The notes under the pieces: generated by a model | The model's input: the letters and a program-made list of their open reading frames with translations, nothing else | Database searches by the model: none | Told to the model about the DNA's origin: nothing | Made by a program: the position numbers and the translations under genes | Part shown: one piece after another, positions 1-10,527 of the stretch | Layout of the letters: each line of letters begins with the position of its first letter | Position numbering within the stretch: position 1 is the first letter of the stretch | Assembly (NCBI GenBank): GCA_965218095.1 | Contig: OZ244587.1 | Span: 2,976,001 to 3,040,000 of the forward strand | Direction: 5' to 3' | From: Candidatus Poribacteria bacterium | GTDB taxonomy: Bacteria; Poribacteria; WGA-4E; PCPOR2b | Length of the DNA stretch: 64,000 bases

Positions 1-1905
1 CAGCTGTGGGTAGCGACCTTCCATTCGACGTGCGCTCAGATTCTGCGCAGAGACATCCATCATCTCGGCTATGATCGTTCGTTCACAATCTACGATACCG
101 CGGATCAGCAAACGCTAGTCAAGGAACTGATTAAGATGCTCCAACTTTCACTGAATAACCCGGGGCCCGTCCTCGGCGAGATTAGTAGAGCCAAGAGTGA
201 TTTTGTCTCCCCTAAAGAGTATGCGAGCAAAGCAATAGGGTTCTTCGAGGAATCCGTCGCAAAGATTTATCCAATGTATCAAGATTATCTCCGCCAAAAC
301 AACGCTCTCGATTTTGATGATTTGATTAAGTTGACAGTCGAGTTATTTGAGGCTAACCCGAATGTATTGGAGTATTATCAGGAGAAGTTTCAATATATCC
401 TCGTTGATGAGTATCAGGATACCAATCGCGGTCAGTATCTGCTGATTCACGCATTGGCGCAGAATCAGCAGAACATTTGCGTGGTTGGCGACGATGATCA
501 AAGTATATACTCATGGAGAGGGGCAGATATCAACAACATCCTCGATTTCGAGGAGGACTACCGAGGCACGAAGGTCTTACGCTTAGAGCAGAACTATCGC
601 TCGACGAAAAATATCCTCGAAGCGGCATATCATGTCATCCGCAACAACCAGAAGCGCAAGGAGAAGCAGATCTGGACAGACAACAAAACAGGGAGTGCGA
701 TCACCCTCCATGAAGCGACCGACGACATCAGGGAGGCGGACTATGTGCTGCGGCAGATTAGGGAGTGGCGTTCACGCAGGCGGAAATACGGCGAGTGTGT
801 CATCTTTTATCGGATTAATGCTCAATCCCGTACATTTGAGGATGCGCTGCGCGGCGCGAATATTCCGTATCAGATTGTAGGCGGTATCCGGTTCTACGAA
901 CGGATGGAGGTCAAAGACATCATGGCGTATATGCGGGTGATTGTTAACCCCGCCGATACGGTTAGCATCAAACGTATCATCAATACGCCACGCCGAGGGA
1001 TTGGCGTGGCGACGGTGCAGAAGATTGAAGATTTCGCCTACGAAGAAGGTATCCCCCTATTTGCAGCGATTCAGCATGTCGATGAGGTGTCAACGCTCAA
1101 CAATGGGGCGAAAAACAAGGTGCGTGCATTCGCTGAACTGATTGCGTCGTTCAACCCACACGATCCGCCGGCGCGCACGGCGGAGGATTTACTTGACCGC
1201 ACTGGCTATCTCCAAGTTTTGAGGAGCGAAGGCACAATCGAGGCACAGACCCGCGAAGAGAACCTCGGCGAGCTAATTGCGGCGGTCACTGAGTACGAGG
1301 AAAGTGAGACAGAGCCGACGTTGTGGGCTTTCTTGGAAAGGATTACCTTGGCTTCCGATATTGACAACATGGAAGACAAGAGCGATGTGGTGACGATGAT
1401 GACGCTGCACAGCGCGAAAGGGTTGGAATTTCCGATTGTCTTTATGGTCGGGATCGAGGAAGGGTTACTGCCACACCAACGTTCTTATAACAGTGAAGCC
1501 GAACTTGAGGAGGAGCGGAGGTTGTGTTACGTTGGACTCACACGCGCACAGGAACATGTCTACCTGACGCATGCGCGTACGCGTCGATTGTATCGTGACA
1601 TCGATTATCGCCTTCCTTCGCGCTTCATTGAGGAGATACCTCCCGAACTAGTTGATCAGGGAACTACCTACGAATCGCCTCGGTGCCCGGTGGTTTCGTC
1701 CTACGATCCTGATGAACCCGATTTCGACGACGAGGTGCAATTCCATTACGAAGTTGGGGACGTTGTATACCACGCGCAGTTTGGCAGGGGAAGGATAACC
1801 GCTATCAGTGGGTATGGATTTGATATGCGTATCACCGTGCGGTTTGAACGCGGGTCTGAGAAAGTCCTCGCTGCTGTGCATGCGCGGTTGCAAAAGATTA
1901 AGTAG
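1..1905 (+). CDS. pcrA: ATP-dependent DNA helicase PcrA/UvrD (5' end outside window)
   Basis: Frame open from base 1 (QLWVATFHS). SF1A motifs ILVDEYQDTN, VVGDDDQSIYSWRGA, LEQNYRST, MTLHSAKGLEF, EEERRLCYVGLTRA; C-terminal Tudor-like domain (VYHAQFGRG). Confidence 0.95.
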   Translation, partial: QLWVATFHSTCAQILRRDIHHLGYDRSFTIYDTADQQTLVKELIKMLQLSLNNPGPVLGEISRAKSDFVSPKEYASKAIGFFEESVAKIYPMYQDYLRQNNALDFDDLIKLTVELFEANPNVLEYYQEKFQYILVDEYQDTNRGQYLLIHALAQNQQNICVVGDDDQSIYSWRGADINNILDFEEDYRGTKVLRLEQNYRSTKNILEAAYHVIRNNQKRKEKQIWTDNKTGSAITLHEATDDIREADYVLRQIREWRSRRRKYGECVIFYRINAQSRTFEDALRGANIPYQIVGGIRFYERMEVKDIMAYMRVIVNPADTVSIKRIINTPRRGIGVATVQKIEDFAYEEGIPLFAAIQHVDEVSTLNNGAKNKVRAFAELIASFNPHDPPARTAEDLLDRTGYLQVLRSEGTIEAQTREENLGELIAAVTEYEESETEPTLWAFLERITLASDIDNMEDKSDVVTMMTLHSAKGLEFPIVFMVGIEEGLLPHQRSYNSEAELEEERRLCYVGLTRAQEHVYLTHARTRRLYRDIDYRLPSRFIEEIPPELVDQGTTYESPRCPVVSSYDPDEPDFDDEVQFHYEVGDVVYHAQFGRGRITAISGYGFDMRITVRFERGSEKVLAAVHARLQKIK

Positions 1906-2002
1906 TATACAGAACAACACATCAATTCAATGAGTTCATGAGTTATTTGTCCCTTCAGAATCGCAAAATCACAATACGACAGAATGGAGATAAGTTATGC
2001 TA

Positions 2003-2822
2003 GGTTCTGTTGACATTTGAGTATAAGGTTGTGGCATAATAGAAGAATGATGCCAATAATCTTACCCGATGAACAATGGAATAAGATATACTCGTTTCTT
2101 CTAACTTGTCCCAACATCTATGTTGGCAACGAAGCGACAACACGCCGCTTTATCGAAGCGGTTCTCTGGACGACCCGTAGCGGTGCTCAATGGAGACTTC
2201 TGCCAGACACCTATGGTAAATCGAACACCCTCTATAAGCGTTTTGCTCGGTGGTGCGACAAAGGTATCTTCACACAGATGCACCACCACTTCGCCTCTGA
2301 CCCCGATATCGAGTCGCTTATTGTGGACAGTACAATCATTCGAGCGCACCCGTCTGCGGCGGGTGCCGAAAAAAAAAGGGTGGCACTGAAAACCAAGCGT
2401 TAGGTCGCTCTCGCGGGGGATTCAGTACAAAAATTCACATCACAGTTGACGGCCTGGGTAATCCACTAAGAATACATCTGACACCCGGTCAAAGAAACGA
2501 CATAGCAGAAGCAGAAGGGTTGATACTTGGATATAAAAGCGAGTATGTGATTGGAGACAAGGGATATGACTCCGACAATTTTATCGCGGTTATTGAGGCG
2601 AATGGAGCGATTGCGGTGATACCGCCCAAAAGTCATCGTGTGGATCAAAGAGATTACGACAAACATCTGTACAAAGAGAGACATCGGGTTGAATATTTCA
2701 TTAACAAGATAAAATGGTATCGCCGCATCTTCTCTCGGTTCGAGAAGTTATCTATCCGTTATTTTGGATTTCTCAGCTTTGTCTCCACTCTTATATGGCT
2801 CCCTTGAAATGTCAACAGAACC
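2003..2822 (+). mobile_element. IS5-family (IS427-like) insertion sequence, apparently intact
   Basis: Perfect 16-bp terminal inverted repeats GGTTCTGTTGACATTT (2003-2018) / AAATGTCAACAGAACC (2807-2822), flanked by TA (2001-2002, 2823-2824), each end in a CTAG context. Confidence 0.93.
2047..2807 (+). CDS. IS5-family transposase with probable programmed -1 frameshift
   Basis: orfA has [10 protein letters not shown]...YKRFARW and [10 protein letters not shown]. An A9-G slippery run lies at 2369-2378; the -1 frame continues [29 protein letters not shown]. Start codon uncertain. Confidence 0.9.
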
Positions 2823-3125
2823 TAGAGCATCACAGCATCTAATTGATTTTACCTATCCAGCAGACTTGTTTGGGATTATTTGCGCTAAAGGGTTGTGGCA
2901 AGAGCACTTTCAACCAATCTTCGGTAACGATCCGAATTACTGGAACGAACGGAAAAAGTTACTTGCGAAGTGTAGAAATCCCTTAGCCCATAATCGTGCT
3001 GAAATACTCCAACCCCATGAACTTATGATTGTTGAAGGATACTGTACAGAAATTCTGAGGTGTGTGCAAAATAGCACTCTGTCCACCAATCTCAGTAATG
3101 AATAATTATAAACAAGGAGAACCAG

Positions 3126-3416
3126 ATGGCAACAATCGCTACCGACGATGTAGAACAAGTTGCGACCCTCGCACGACTTGAATTTAGCGAAGAAGAAATA
3201 CAGCAATTTACTCATCAACTTGCCCGAATTTTGGACTATATTGGGAAGTTGAATGAATTGGAGACGACGAACGTGCCGCCGACATCGCATGTTCTCCCTA
3301 TCCGCAACGTTGTCAAGGAAGACGTCGCTAGGCCGTCCTATGATCGAGACCTCGTTTTGGCGACTGCGGCAGAGGCAGAAGAGGGGTATTTTGAGGTGCC
3401 AAAGGTGATTGAATAA
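3126..3416 (+). CDS. gatC: Asp-tRNA(Asn)/Glu-tRNA(Gln) amidotransferase subunit C
   Basis: VATLARLEF...ILDYIGKLNEL...GYFEVPKVIE; AAGGAG RBS; directly upstream of gatA. Confidence 0.95.
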   Translation: MATIATDDVEQVATLARLEFSEEEIQQFTHQLARILDYIGKLNELETTNVPPTSHVLPIRNVVKEDVARPSYDRDLVLATAAEAEEGYFEVPKVIE

Positions 3417-3437
3417 ACCAAAAGGAGTAAACGCTTC

Positions 3438-4898
3438 ATGCCATTATACGAACTGACAGCTCACGAACTTCATGAAAAATTGAGCGCGCGCGAGATTACT
3501 TCCGTCGAGCTCACGCAATCAGTGTATGAACGAATTGGCACTGTCGAGGAACAGATCAAAGGGTATCTCACATTGACTGAGGAAATTACGCTTGAGGGTG
3601 CTGCAGCCGCGGACGCAGGCTTTCAACGCGGTGATGAGATGCCCGCACTGGCAGGCATTCCCATCGCGATCAAGGACGTGATCTGTACCAAGGGTGTGTT
3701 GACCACATGCGGCTCCAAGATCTTGGGTGCCTTTGTTTCGCCTTACAATGCAACTGTGATGACCAAACTTCATCAACAGGGGGTTGTGATGATTGGCAAA
3801 ACGAACATGGACGAGTTTGCGATGGGGTCATCGACGGAAAATTCAGCGTATCGGATCACACACAATCCGTGGAATCTCGAAACCATCCCCGGCGGTTCAA
3901 GTGGCGGTTCTGCAGCCGTCGTTGCTGCAGACGAGGCAATCTGCTCGCTCGGTTCGGACACCGGTGGCTCGATTCGGCAACCGGCTGCGCTGTGCGGCGT
4001 CGTGGGGATGAAGCCGACCTACGGGCGCGTATCAAGATTCGGGCTGGTGGCGTTTGCATCGTCCTTAGATCAGATTGGTCCCCTATCGAAGGATGTGACC
4101 GATTGTGCTTTGATGCTCAACGCCATCTGTGGACATGATCCGATGGATTCGACCTCGGTGAATCTTTCCGTGCCAGATTTTACCCAAAGTTTAATCAACG
4201 ATGTCAAAGGGGTCAAAATTGGTATTCCGAGGGAGTATTTCACGGACGGGATGGATGTGGAAATCGAAGAGAGCGTGCGGGGCGCGATTGAGGTACTTCG
4301 AGGGTGCGGCGCAATCATTGAGGAGATTTCTCTGCCCCACACCGAGTACGCGATTGCAACGTACTATATCATTGCTCCCGCCGAGGCGAGCGCGAATCTC
4401 GCGCGGTACGACGGCGTCCGCTACGGCTTCCGCGCTGAAGACGCCGAAGATCTCATCGATATGTACAGGAAGACACGTAGCCAAGGTTTCGGCGAGGAAG
4501 TCAAACGCCGCGTAATGCTCGGGACTTACGCACTTAGTTCTGGGTACTACGACGCCTACTACCTGAAAGCACAAAAGGTACGGACGTTGATTAAATCCGA
4601 TTTTGATAAAGCCTTTGAAAAGGTCGATATGGTGATAACACCAACTTCACCGACGCCGGCGTTCAAGATTGGGGAGCGGACAGTGGATCCATTGCAGATG
4701 TACCTCTCAGATGTCCTGACAACACCAGCAAGCCTCGCTGGTTTGCCGGGTATCTCCATACCGTGTGGTTTGACGCAAGGCGGGTTGCCCATTGGCTTAC
4801 AAATTCTTGCCGCACCTTTCGAGGAAGAGAAAATCCTGCGAGCGGCGTATACCTTTGAGCAGAACACCAACTATCATCGAAAGAAGCCAAATCTGTGA
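3438..4898 (+). CDS. gatA: Amidotransferase subunit A
   Basis: Amidase signature [58 protein letters not shown]. Confidence 0.97.
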   Translation: MPLYELTAHELHEKLSAREITSVELTQSVYERIGTVEEQIKGYLTLTEEITLEGAAAADAGFQRGDEMPALAGIPIAIKDVICTKGVLTTCGSKILGAFVSPYNATVMTKLHQQGVVMIGKTNMDEFAMGSSTENSAYRITHNPWNLETIPGGSSGGSAAVVAADEAICSLGSDTGGSIRQPAALCGVVGMKPTYGRVSRFGLVAFASSLDQIGPLSKDVTDCALMLNAICGHDPMDSTSVNLSVPDFTQSLINDVKGVKIGIPREYFTDGMDVEIEESVRGAIEVLRGCGAIIEEISLPHTEYAIATYYIIAPAEASANLARYDGVRYGFRAEDAEDLIDMYRKTRSQGFGEEVKRRVMLGTYALSSGYYDAYYLKAQKVRTLIKSDFDKAFEKVDMVITPTSPTPAFKIGERTVDPLQMYLSDVLTTPASLAGLPGISIPCGLTQGGLPIGLQILAAPFEEEKILRAAYTFEQNTNYHRKKPNL

Positions 4899-4913
4899 AG
4901 CGTGGAGAGAATT

Positions 4914-5114
4914 ATGAGCACCTTAAACGACTTTGATTTCAAGCGAAAGAAATACATGCCAGTCTCTCCAAGAGCGACCGGAAAGCCTACCACTTACATT
5001 GAAGGCTACCCTTTGGAAGACGACGAACCGATGGCTGCAACCGGATTTCATGGCGTGCAGATTAAGATATTCAGTGACCAACTCACGCGCTCAACTGGCT
5101 GCACTGCAGGATGA
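4914..5114 (+). pseudogene. N-terminal stub of a Uma2-family endonuclease
   Basis: YPLEDDEPMAATGFH resembles the YPxxDxxPMAxTxxH start of Uma2 proteins; ORF ends before any nuclease core. Confidence 0.5.
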
Positions 5115-5647
5115 AGAATCCGAATAAGGGAGAGAGAAGGTCATCCACAATGAACGATACACGCAAACATTCGGTTAATCTCGCCCTCGCGCCAATTGGT
5201 GGGCTAATCGGTGCGCTGAGTGGCGGCGCCCTTTGGGCGAAATACATCCAATGGACCGGTTTCACCGCCGGCTGGGTTGCGCTTGCCATTGGTATCCTCA
5301 CGGGACTCGGTGTGTTGCTGGCAGGCAAATCGAGAAGGTTCAGCGTGAGCTTGATTGCTGCGCTGTTTGCCGTTGCCGGAATCCTTTTCGGAAAATATCT
5401 CGATGTTCGGTGGAATGCCCCACAAGCAGTCACAGTTGCAATCATCGGAGACCCTGAAGCCGTACCCCTGGAATCCGGCGAAAGTATGACGTCCGTTGAG
5501 GCAGATAAATCCGCCGAATCGACATGGCGCCTCATGCGTCGTCGGATGGAGTGGTTTGATCTAATCTATTATGCGGTTGCGGCATACATTGCATTTCGTA
5601 TGGCACATAGCAGGCGCTTACATCAATATTTTTTCAGAAACGGGTGA
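5111..5647 (+). CDS. Hypothetical membrane protein
   Basis: About four hydrophobic, Gly-rich segments; start could be 5150. Confidence 0.7.
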   Translation: MKNPNKGERRSSTMNDTRKHSVNLALAPIGGLIGALSGGALWAKYIQWTGFTAGWVALAIGILTGLGVLLAGKSRRFSVSLIAALFAVAGILFGKYLDVRWNAPQAVTVAIIGDPEAVPLESGESMTSVEADKSAESTWRLMRRRMEWFDLIYYAVAAYIAFRMAHSRRLHQYFFRNG

Positions 5648-5747
5648 AGTCAGGCAATATTCAACTCCTTCGTCACGAGAATTGTTGATGATTATTGCCT
5701 AAAACCAGTTTACATTCCTAAAACCCAAAAAACCAAGAAAGATTTCT

Positions 5748-7217
5748 ATGAAAAAAGAGAAATCGTACCAATTCTATAGATTAAGTTTACTAAGTTGTCT
5801 TACAGCTCTGGTTTTAATCCTGTCCTTACAGTCAGTGACGGGGCTTACACAGATCGAAAATGCTATTCCCAAAGGTGTATTAGATGACGAACTGTTGGAG
5901 AATATCTCGCTGCTCTCAGAAGTGTTAGCGCGCATCCAGCAGAATCACTTGGACAACCCTGATCCCAGACAGCTCATGCATGGTGCGATCCGAGGTATGC
6001 TGCGGACGCTAGATCCGTACAGCCAATTTTTTGACCCGGAAAGTTATGCGGATTTCCACACAGAGAGCCGCGGTACTTATGGTGGGCTCGGCATGAAGAT
6101 TGGCATCCGCGATGATCGGTTGACAATCATTGCCCCACTTAAGAACACTCCCGCTGATGAGGCTGGGCTTCAGAGCGGCGACATTATCAGCCAAATCGAA
6201 GGGGAATCAACAGCGAGAATGACGACAGATGATGCTGTCAAACGCCTTCGGGGCGAGCCAGGGACACAAGTGACTATCACAATTGTCCGCGAGGGAGAGC
6301 ATAAACCGCTGGAAGTCACGCTGACACGAGATGTCATCCAATTCCACAGTGTTGAATCCAAAGTCCTCAAGGAAGATATTGGATATATTCGGATTAACCA
6401 ATTTCGCGATACGACTGCTGAGGATGTTGATGACGCCTTTGAAGTCTTTAACCAACAGAAGATACGGGGGCTCATTCTAGATCTCCGATCAAATCCTGGC
6501 GGCTTATTCCGAGCGGCGGTTGAAATTGCCAGTGATTTTTTAGAGCCTGGGCAATTGATTGTCTATACACAAGGCAAGCACCCACGCGAAGATTTTATGG
6601 CTGAGAAAGGTAAACAGCAGAAGCGGTACCCCCTCGTCGTGCTTGTCAACAGGGGCAGCGCAAGCGCATCGGAGATTGTCGCTGCAGCAATCAAAGATCA
6701 CCGACACGGGTTGATTCTGGGAGAAAAGACCTTTGGGAAAGCGTCTGTGCAACAAGTTTTTTCACTGAATGGCGGCGCTGCTATTAAACTAACAGTGGCT
6801 CACTACTATAGCCCCAATGGTGTTGACATTCACAAGATTGGCATCACTCCTGATATTGAAGATCCCTGGTTTAGCCGTTCTGAGCATCAGATGCTGAATA
6901 AACTCCGCTCTCATCAGAAGATTAAAGCGTTTATTGAGGAGAATGGCCATGATGTCCTCGTTCGGTCGGAAAAGGCACGGCTTGCCCCGAGAGATGACCG
7001 CGACGCTGCCTTGCTGCTGAGAAAGTACCGGCGACTTGTTGATTCACTTGCGGAGGAGCAGATTATCTTGAGCAACGTTGGATTAAAACTTGGGATTGCT
7101 CGCGAGACTAAGAACGAGATCGATGAATACGAATATGATCCGCAGATTATCGGCGCTATCCATCAGTTGCGCGCACTTGAAATTTTCCGGTCAAAGTTGA
7201 TGAAAATCAACAATTGA
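5748..7217 (+). CDS. S41 family C-terminal processing peptidase (CtpA/Prc-like)
   Basis: Signal anchor, LDPYS, PDZ (YGGLG), LDLRSNPGG, catalytic SASASEI and GEKTFGK; about 110-aa helical C-terminal extension. Confidence 0.92.
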   Translation: MKKEKSYQFYRLSLLSCLTALVLILSLQSVTGLTQIENAIPKGVLDDELLENISLLSEVLARIQQNHLDNPDPRQLMHGAIRGMLRTLDPYSQFFDPESYADFHTESRGTYGGLGMKIGIRDDRLTIIAPLKNTPADEAGLQSGDIISQIEGESTARMTTDDAVKRLRGEPGTQVTITIVREGEHKPLEVTLTRDVIQFHSVESKVLKEDIGYIRINQFRDTTAEDVDDAFEVFNQQKIRGLILDLRSNPGGLFRAAVEIASDFLEPGQLIVYTQGKHPREDFMAEKGKQQKRYPLVVLVNRGSASASEIVAAAIKDHRHGLILGEKTFGKASVQQVFSLNGGAAIKLTVAHYYSPNGVDIHKIGITPDIEDPWFSRSEHQMLNKLRSHQKIKAFIEENGHDVLVRSEKARLAPRDDRDAALLLRKYRRLVDSLAEEQIILSNVGLKLGIARETKNEIDEYEYDPQIIGAIHQLRALEIFRSKLMKINN

Positions 7218-7268
7218 CACGTCTGACGTTTCACGCAATACGCATGCTGTTTGACGAGGGTATACTTC

Positions 7269-8048
7269 ATGAGCACCAAACGAATTATCCCCTGCCTTGA
7301 TGTTCGAGCAGGCAAAGTCACAAAGGGAATCGCCTTCCAGGGAAATATTGACATCGGCGATCCGGTGGCAATGGCGCGATTCTACTATGAAGGTGGGGCA
7401 GACGAACTTGTGTTTTACGATATCACCGCCAGCAACGAAAGACGCGACATCATGCTTGACGTCGTCTCGGCAGTCGCGGCGGAGATCTTCATTCCCTTTT
7501 CAGTCGGTGGGGGGTTGAGAACTCTTGATGATATACGTCGTGTCCTCCTTGCGGGAGCTGAGAAGGTCAGTATCGACTCCGGCGCCGTGAGAAATCCACA
7601 ATTGATCACGGAAGGGGCAAAGGCTTTTGGGAGTCAGTGTATTGTGCTGAGTATGCAGGTAAAGCGTGTCTCGAAAAGCGATTGCATCTCAAGCGGCTAC
7701 GAGATTTACATTGATGGCGGTCGTCGCCCGATGGGGTTGGACGCCCTCCAATGGGCACAACACGGCGTTGAATTGGGGGTTGGTGAGATTGTCGTCAACA
7801 GTATCGATCAGGATGGCACAAAAGCAGGATACGAGCTAGAGTTGACAAAGGCAATTGCGGACCGAGTTCCCGTCCCGGTGATCGCGTCGGGCGGAGCAGG
7901 GAATCCACAACATATCCGTGATGTGTTCGTCGAAAGCAACGCTGATGCAGCAATTGTCGCCTCGATTACACACTATGGTGAATTTCCGATTGAGCATATC
8001 AAGCGTTATCTTGAGGAAGAAGGCGTCCCTGTACGCAATATGTGGTAG
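7269..8048 (+). CDS. hisF: Imidazole glycerol phosphate synthase cyclase subunit
   Basis: [48 protein letters not shown]. Confidence 0.96.
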   Translation: MSTKRIIPCLDVRAGKVTKGIAFQGNIDIGDPVAMARFYYEGGADELVFYDITASNERRDIMLDVVSAVAAEIFIPFSVGGGLRTLDDIRRVLLAGAEKVSIDSGAVRNPQLITEGAKAFGSQCIVLSMQVKRVSKSDCISSGYEIYIDGGRRPMGLDALQWAQHGVELGVGEIVVNSIDQDGTKAGYELELTKAIADRVPVPVIASGGAGNPQHIRDVFVESNADAAIVASITHYGEFPIEHIKRYLEEEGVPVRNMW

Positions 8049-8120
8049 ATGTGAAACACGATGCGTGAAGCGTCTAAGACATAAATAACCCGAATTGCTA
8101 CCTGCAGACGTTCAGTTGCC

Positions 8121-8196
8121 CGGAACTGGGATCTAGGAGCCAGGGGGCTTCCAGCCCAATCAACGCTCGATTGCCGGTTCCAAGCTCCCAGTTCCG
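8121..8196. repeat. Intergenic inverted repeat
   Basis: CGGAACTGGGA (8121-8131) / TCCCAGTTCCG (8186-8196), with inner GGAGCC/GGTTCC pairing. Confidence 0.55.
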
Positions 8197-8419
8197 AATT
8201 CCCAGTCCCTGGCGGACCGGATAAAAGTACCAGATATTTTTTCAAATTTAAGGATAACCTTTTTCCTTATGTGTTACAATCCGAAATATAGACCTGCAAG
8301 AAAGCGTGAACAGATTCAGAAAATGACCCTTCCCAAAGTTTATTGTTGATTTCATCCAAATGTACCATGATTTCTGAAACGGATTCTCCCCGGGAGACGT
8401 TTGGAAGAATAGTACTATC

Positions 8420-9064
8420 TTGGAAACGATAGGGATAAGGAGGGCACTTATTTTGCCAGATAAAACAACAGATGACCTATCGGATCAGGAAGACACGCAG
8501 TTGGCAACGCTAACAAAGGCAAGGAATGACACCGCCTTTAGAGCGCTGTTTGATAAACACTACAACTGGGTTTATAGTAAAACCTATCGAATGCTATGCA
8601 ATCACCAAGATACAGAGGAGGTATCCTTAGATATCTTTATGAAAGTGTGGCAGAAGATCGATAAGTGGAATACTGATCAGGGAAGTTTCCAAGCATGGTT
8701 GAACGTTGTGGCAAAGAACACAATTATTGATGCAATACGCAAGAAAGAAAGGATTCGTGAAGCGCTTTTAAGTATGGAGGATGAATCTGAATTGCCACTC
8801 AGTGAATCCCAGGACAGTCAGCCAACGCCTGACAAACAGATCGAATCTCGGGAAGCTCAAGAAATTCTTGAGTGGGCGCTCCAAATGGTGAAAAAGCCAA
8901 ACCATCGTATTGCTTGGATTTTACGCCATCTGGAAGGGTATAGTATTGCCGAGATTTCGCAAACGCTCCGACGCAAGGAAGGGACAGTGAAGATTTGGAT
9001 CTTCCGTTGCACAGAGGAATTGCGTCAAATTCTTACCAGAAAAGGCCTGAAATGGGTATACTAA
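8420..9064 (+). CDS. ECF-type sigma-70 factor
   Basis: Region 2 (AFRALFDKHY...DTEEVSLDIFMKVW...FQAWL...KNTIIDAIRK) and region 4 (LRHLEGYSIAEISQTL...GTVKIWIFR). Start uncertain. Confidence 0.9.
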   Translation: METIGIRRALILPDKTTDDLSDQEDTQLATLTKARNDTAFRALFDKHYNWVYSKTYRMLCNHQDTEEVSLDIFMKVWQKIDKWNTDQGSFQAWLNVVAKNTIIDAIRKKERIREALLSMEDESELPLSESQDSQPTPDKQIESREAQEILEWALQMVKKPNHRIAWILRHLEGYSIAEISQTLRRKEGTVKIWIFRCTEELRQILTRKGLKWVY

Positions 9065-9079
9065 TTGGGGGGGGATGAA

Positions 9080-10186
9080 ATGAAATTTTGGAAAAATTCA
9101 GAGCGAAATTTCAGCAAAGCTGAAACTGAGAAAGCGGAAATGCTGGAAATTTACACCCGTTGGATCAGGGGTGAAAAGTTCTCCCGTAAGCAGACGCGAT
9201 TACTAAAGGCGAGCCAGGAATATCCAGAATTAGAACCTTTGAAGCAGCTCATCGATTTCGCACATTATCGTTTTCGAGAAAAAGAAATCGTCACGCCGCT
9301 CCCTGGTTCAAAGCAACGAGTCGCTGGCGAAGTAATGAGAGAAATTAATCGTGCGGCTGTTGAGGATACTGCGTTGTCATTAGATGAACCTGCTTTGCAA
9401 CCATCTTACAGCCCCGATCCGGTTGGAAGTGATAGCGAACTTGCCTTACCACCTGTTTCTGGCGACCTCCCGCCGCCACCTCAAATAGCTGACCTCTTTA
9501 GTGAGACGGTTATCCTCAACAGCGAAAATATCGAAGGACTAACGTCTCCATTGGTGGAAGGGGCTTGCAGCCTGAAATTACGGATTGTTCAAGGTGACGA
9601 AGCTGGGCGTGAGTATAACATCGCTTTTCTACCAGTGATTATCGGGCATGGGGTTGAAGCGACAATTCCGTTGAGTGCAAATGCGGCTGTATCAAGACAT
9701 CATGCGCTGCTGACGGTCAATGGTGACGAGGTTTCGATTACCGATCTTGGCAGCAGCGGCGGCACCTGCGTTGATGGGGTTCGGATTACTGAACCAACTC
9801 CACTCTACCTCACTTCCAAAGTGAAAATTGGTGAGCAATTGCTCGAAGTGGTCGAAATTCAGCAAGATACAGGTGTCCTTCGCATTTCCTTCAAGGAGAT
9901 TGAAGGTTCAAATGTTGGCAAGATTTGCGCTGTCGATCTCAAAGAAATGACGGTTGGCCGGGGAACAGCTACGCGGATCAAATTCGCTGATCCAACAGAT
10001 ACACTCTCACGTTTGCATGCCCGATTCGATCTGAAAGATAGCGAGGTATATGTGACTGATCTTGGAAGTAAAAACGGCACTTACGTTGATGGGGTTCGCA
10101 TAGAAGGACCAACAATCATTCAGAACGGCACGATCATTAAGTTCAGCAGCGTCATCTGCGAAGTTGTGGATATTGAACATACTTAA
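9080..10186 (+). CDS. Soluble protein with two FHA domains (candidate anti-sigma)
   Basis: N-terminal helical region, Pro-rich linker, FHA1 (IGHG...VSRHH...DLGSSGGT) and FHA2 (VGRG...LSRLH...DLGSKNGT); no TM segment. Confidence 0.85.
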   Translation: MKFWKNSERNFSKAETEKAEMLEIYTRWIRGEKFSRKQTRLLKASQEYPELEPLKQLIDFAHYRFREKEIVTPLPGSKQRVAGEVMREINRAAVEDTALSLDEPALQPSYSPDPVGSDSELALPPVSGDLPPPPQIADLFSETVILNSENIEGLTSPLVEGACSLKLRIVQGDEAGREYNIAFLPVIIGHGVEATIPLSANAAVSRHHALLTVNGDEVSITDLGSSGGTCVDGVRITEPTPLYLTSKVKIGEQLLEVVEIQQDTGVLRISFKEIEGSNVGKICAVDLKEMTVGRGTATRIKFADPTDTLSRLHARFDLKDSEVYVTDLGSKNGTYVDGVRIEGPTIIQNGTIIKFSSVICEVVDIEHT

Positions 10187-10309
10187 CTGATTGGTAAATC
10201 TGGGATTCTGTCAGGTCGAATGAAAGTTGGGAAATAAGTCCGTGAGCTTACAAGGCGTCATGGGCTTGTTCCGTTTCTTCCCTGTTCGCGGGAATGACGC
10301 ATCATCAAG

Positions 10310-10364
10310 ATACCGCATCCTTTTTTCGATCTTCAAGTCGGGAGAGGAATGCGGTATTTTTTTT
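10310..10364 (+). terminator. Putative intrinsic terminator
   Basis: ATACCGCAT (10310-10318) / ATGCGGTAT (10349-10357) stem followed by a T-run. Confidence 0.6.
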
Positions 10365-10527
10365 CCACTTAAAAATTCCCCATGAGAAACCTGATTTTAC
10401 TTGAATTTTTTGTGATCTAATGTATAATGTTGCTAAAGTGAGTAAATACCAAACCACCCACACAACGCACATTCCAAAGCGCGGCAGTCTGGTCAGGAAG
10501 GGAAGTGTCAATCTTCGCACGCCACAC

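Larger units (their letters stand above)
1942..3105 (+). pseudogene. Swt1-like HEPN domain gene remnant interrupted by the IS5 element
   Basis: Removing the IS and one TA rejoins MEISYA|RASQHLIDFTYPADLF...KCRNPLAHNR in one frame; contains the HEPN RxxxxH motif (RNPLAH). Confidence 0.65.
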
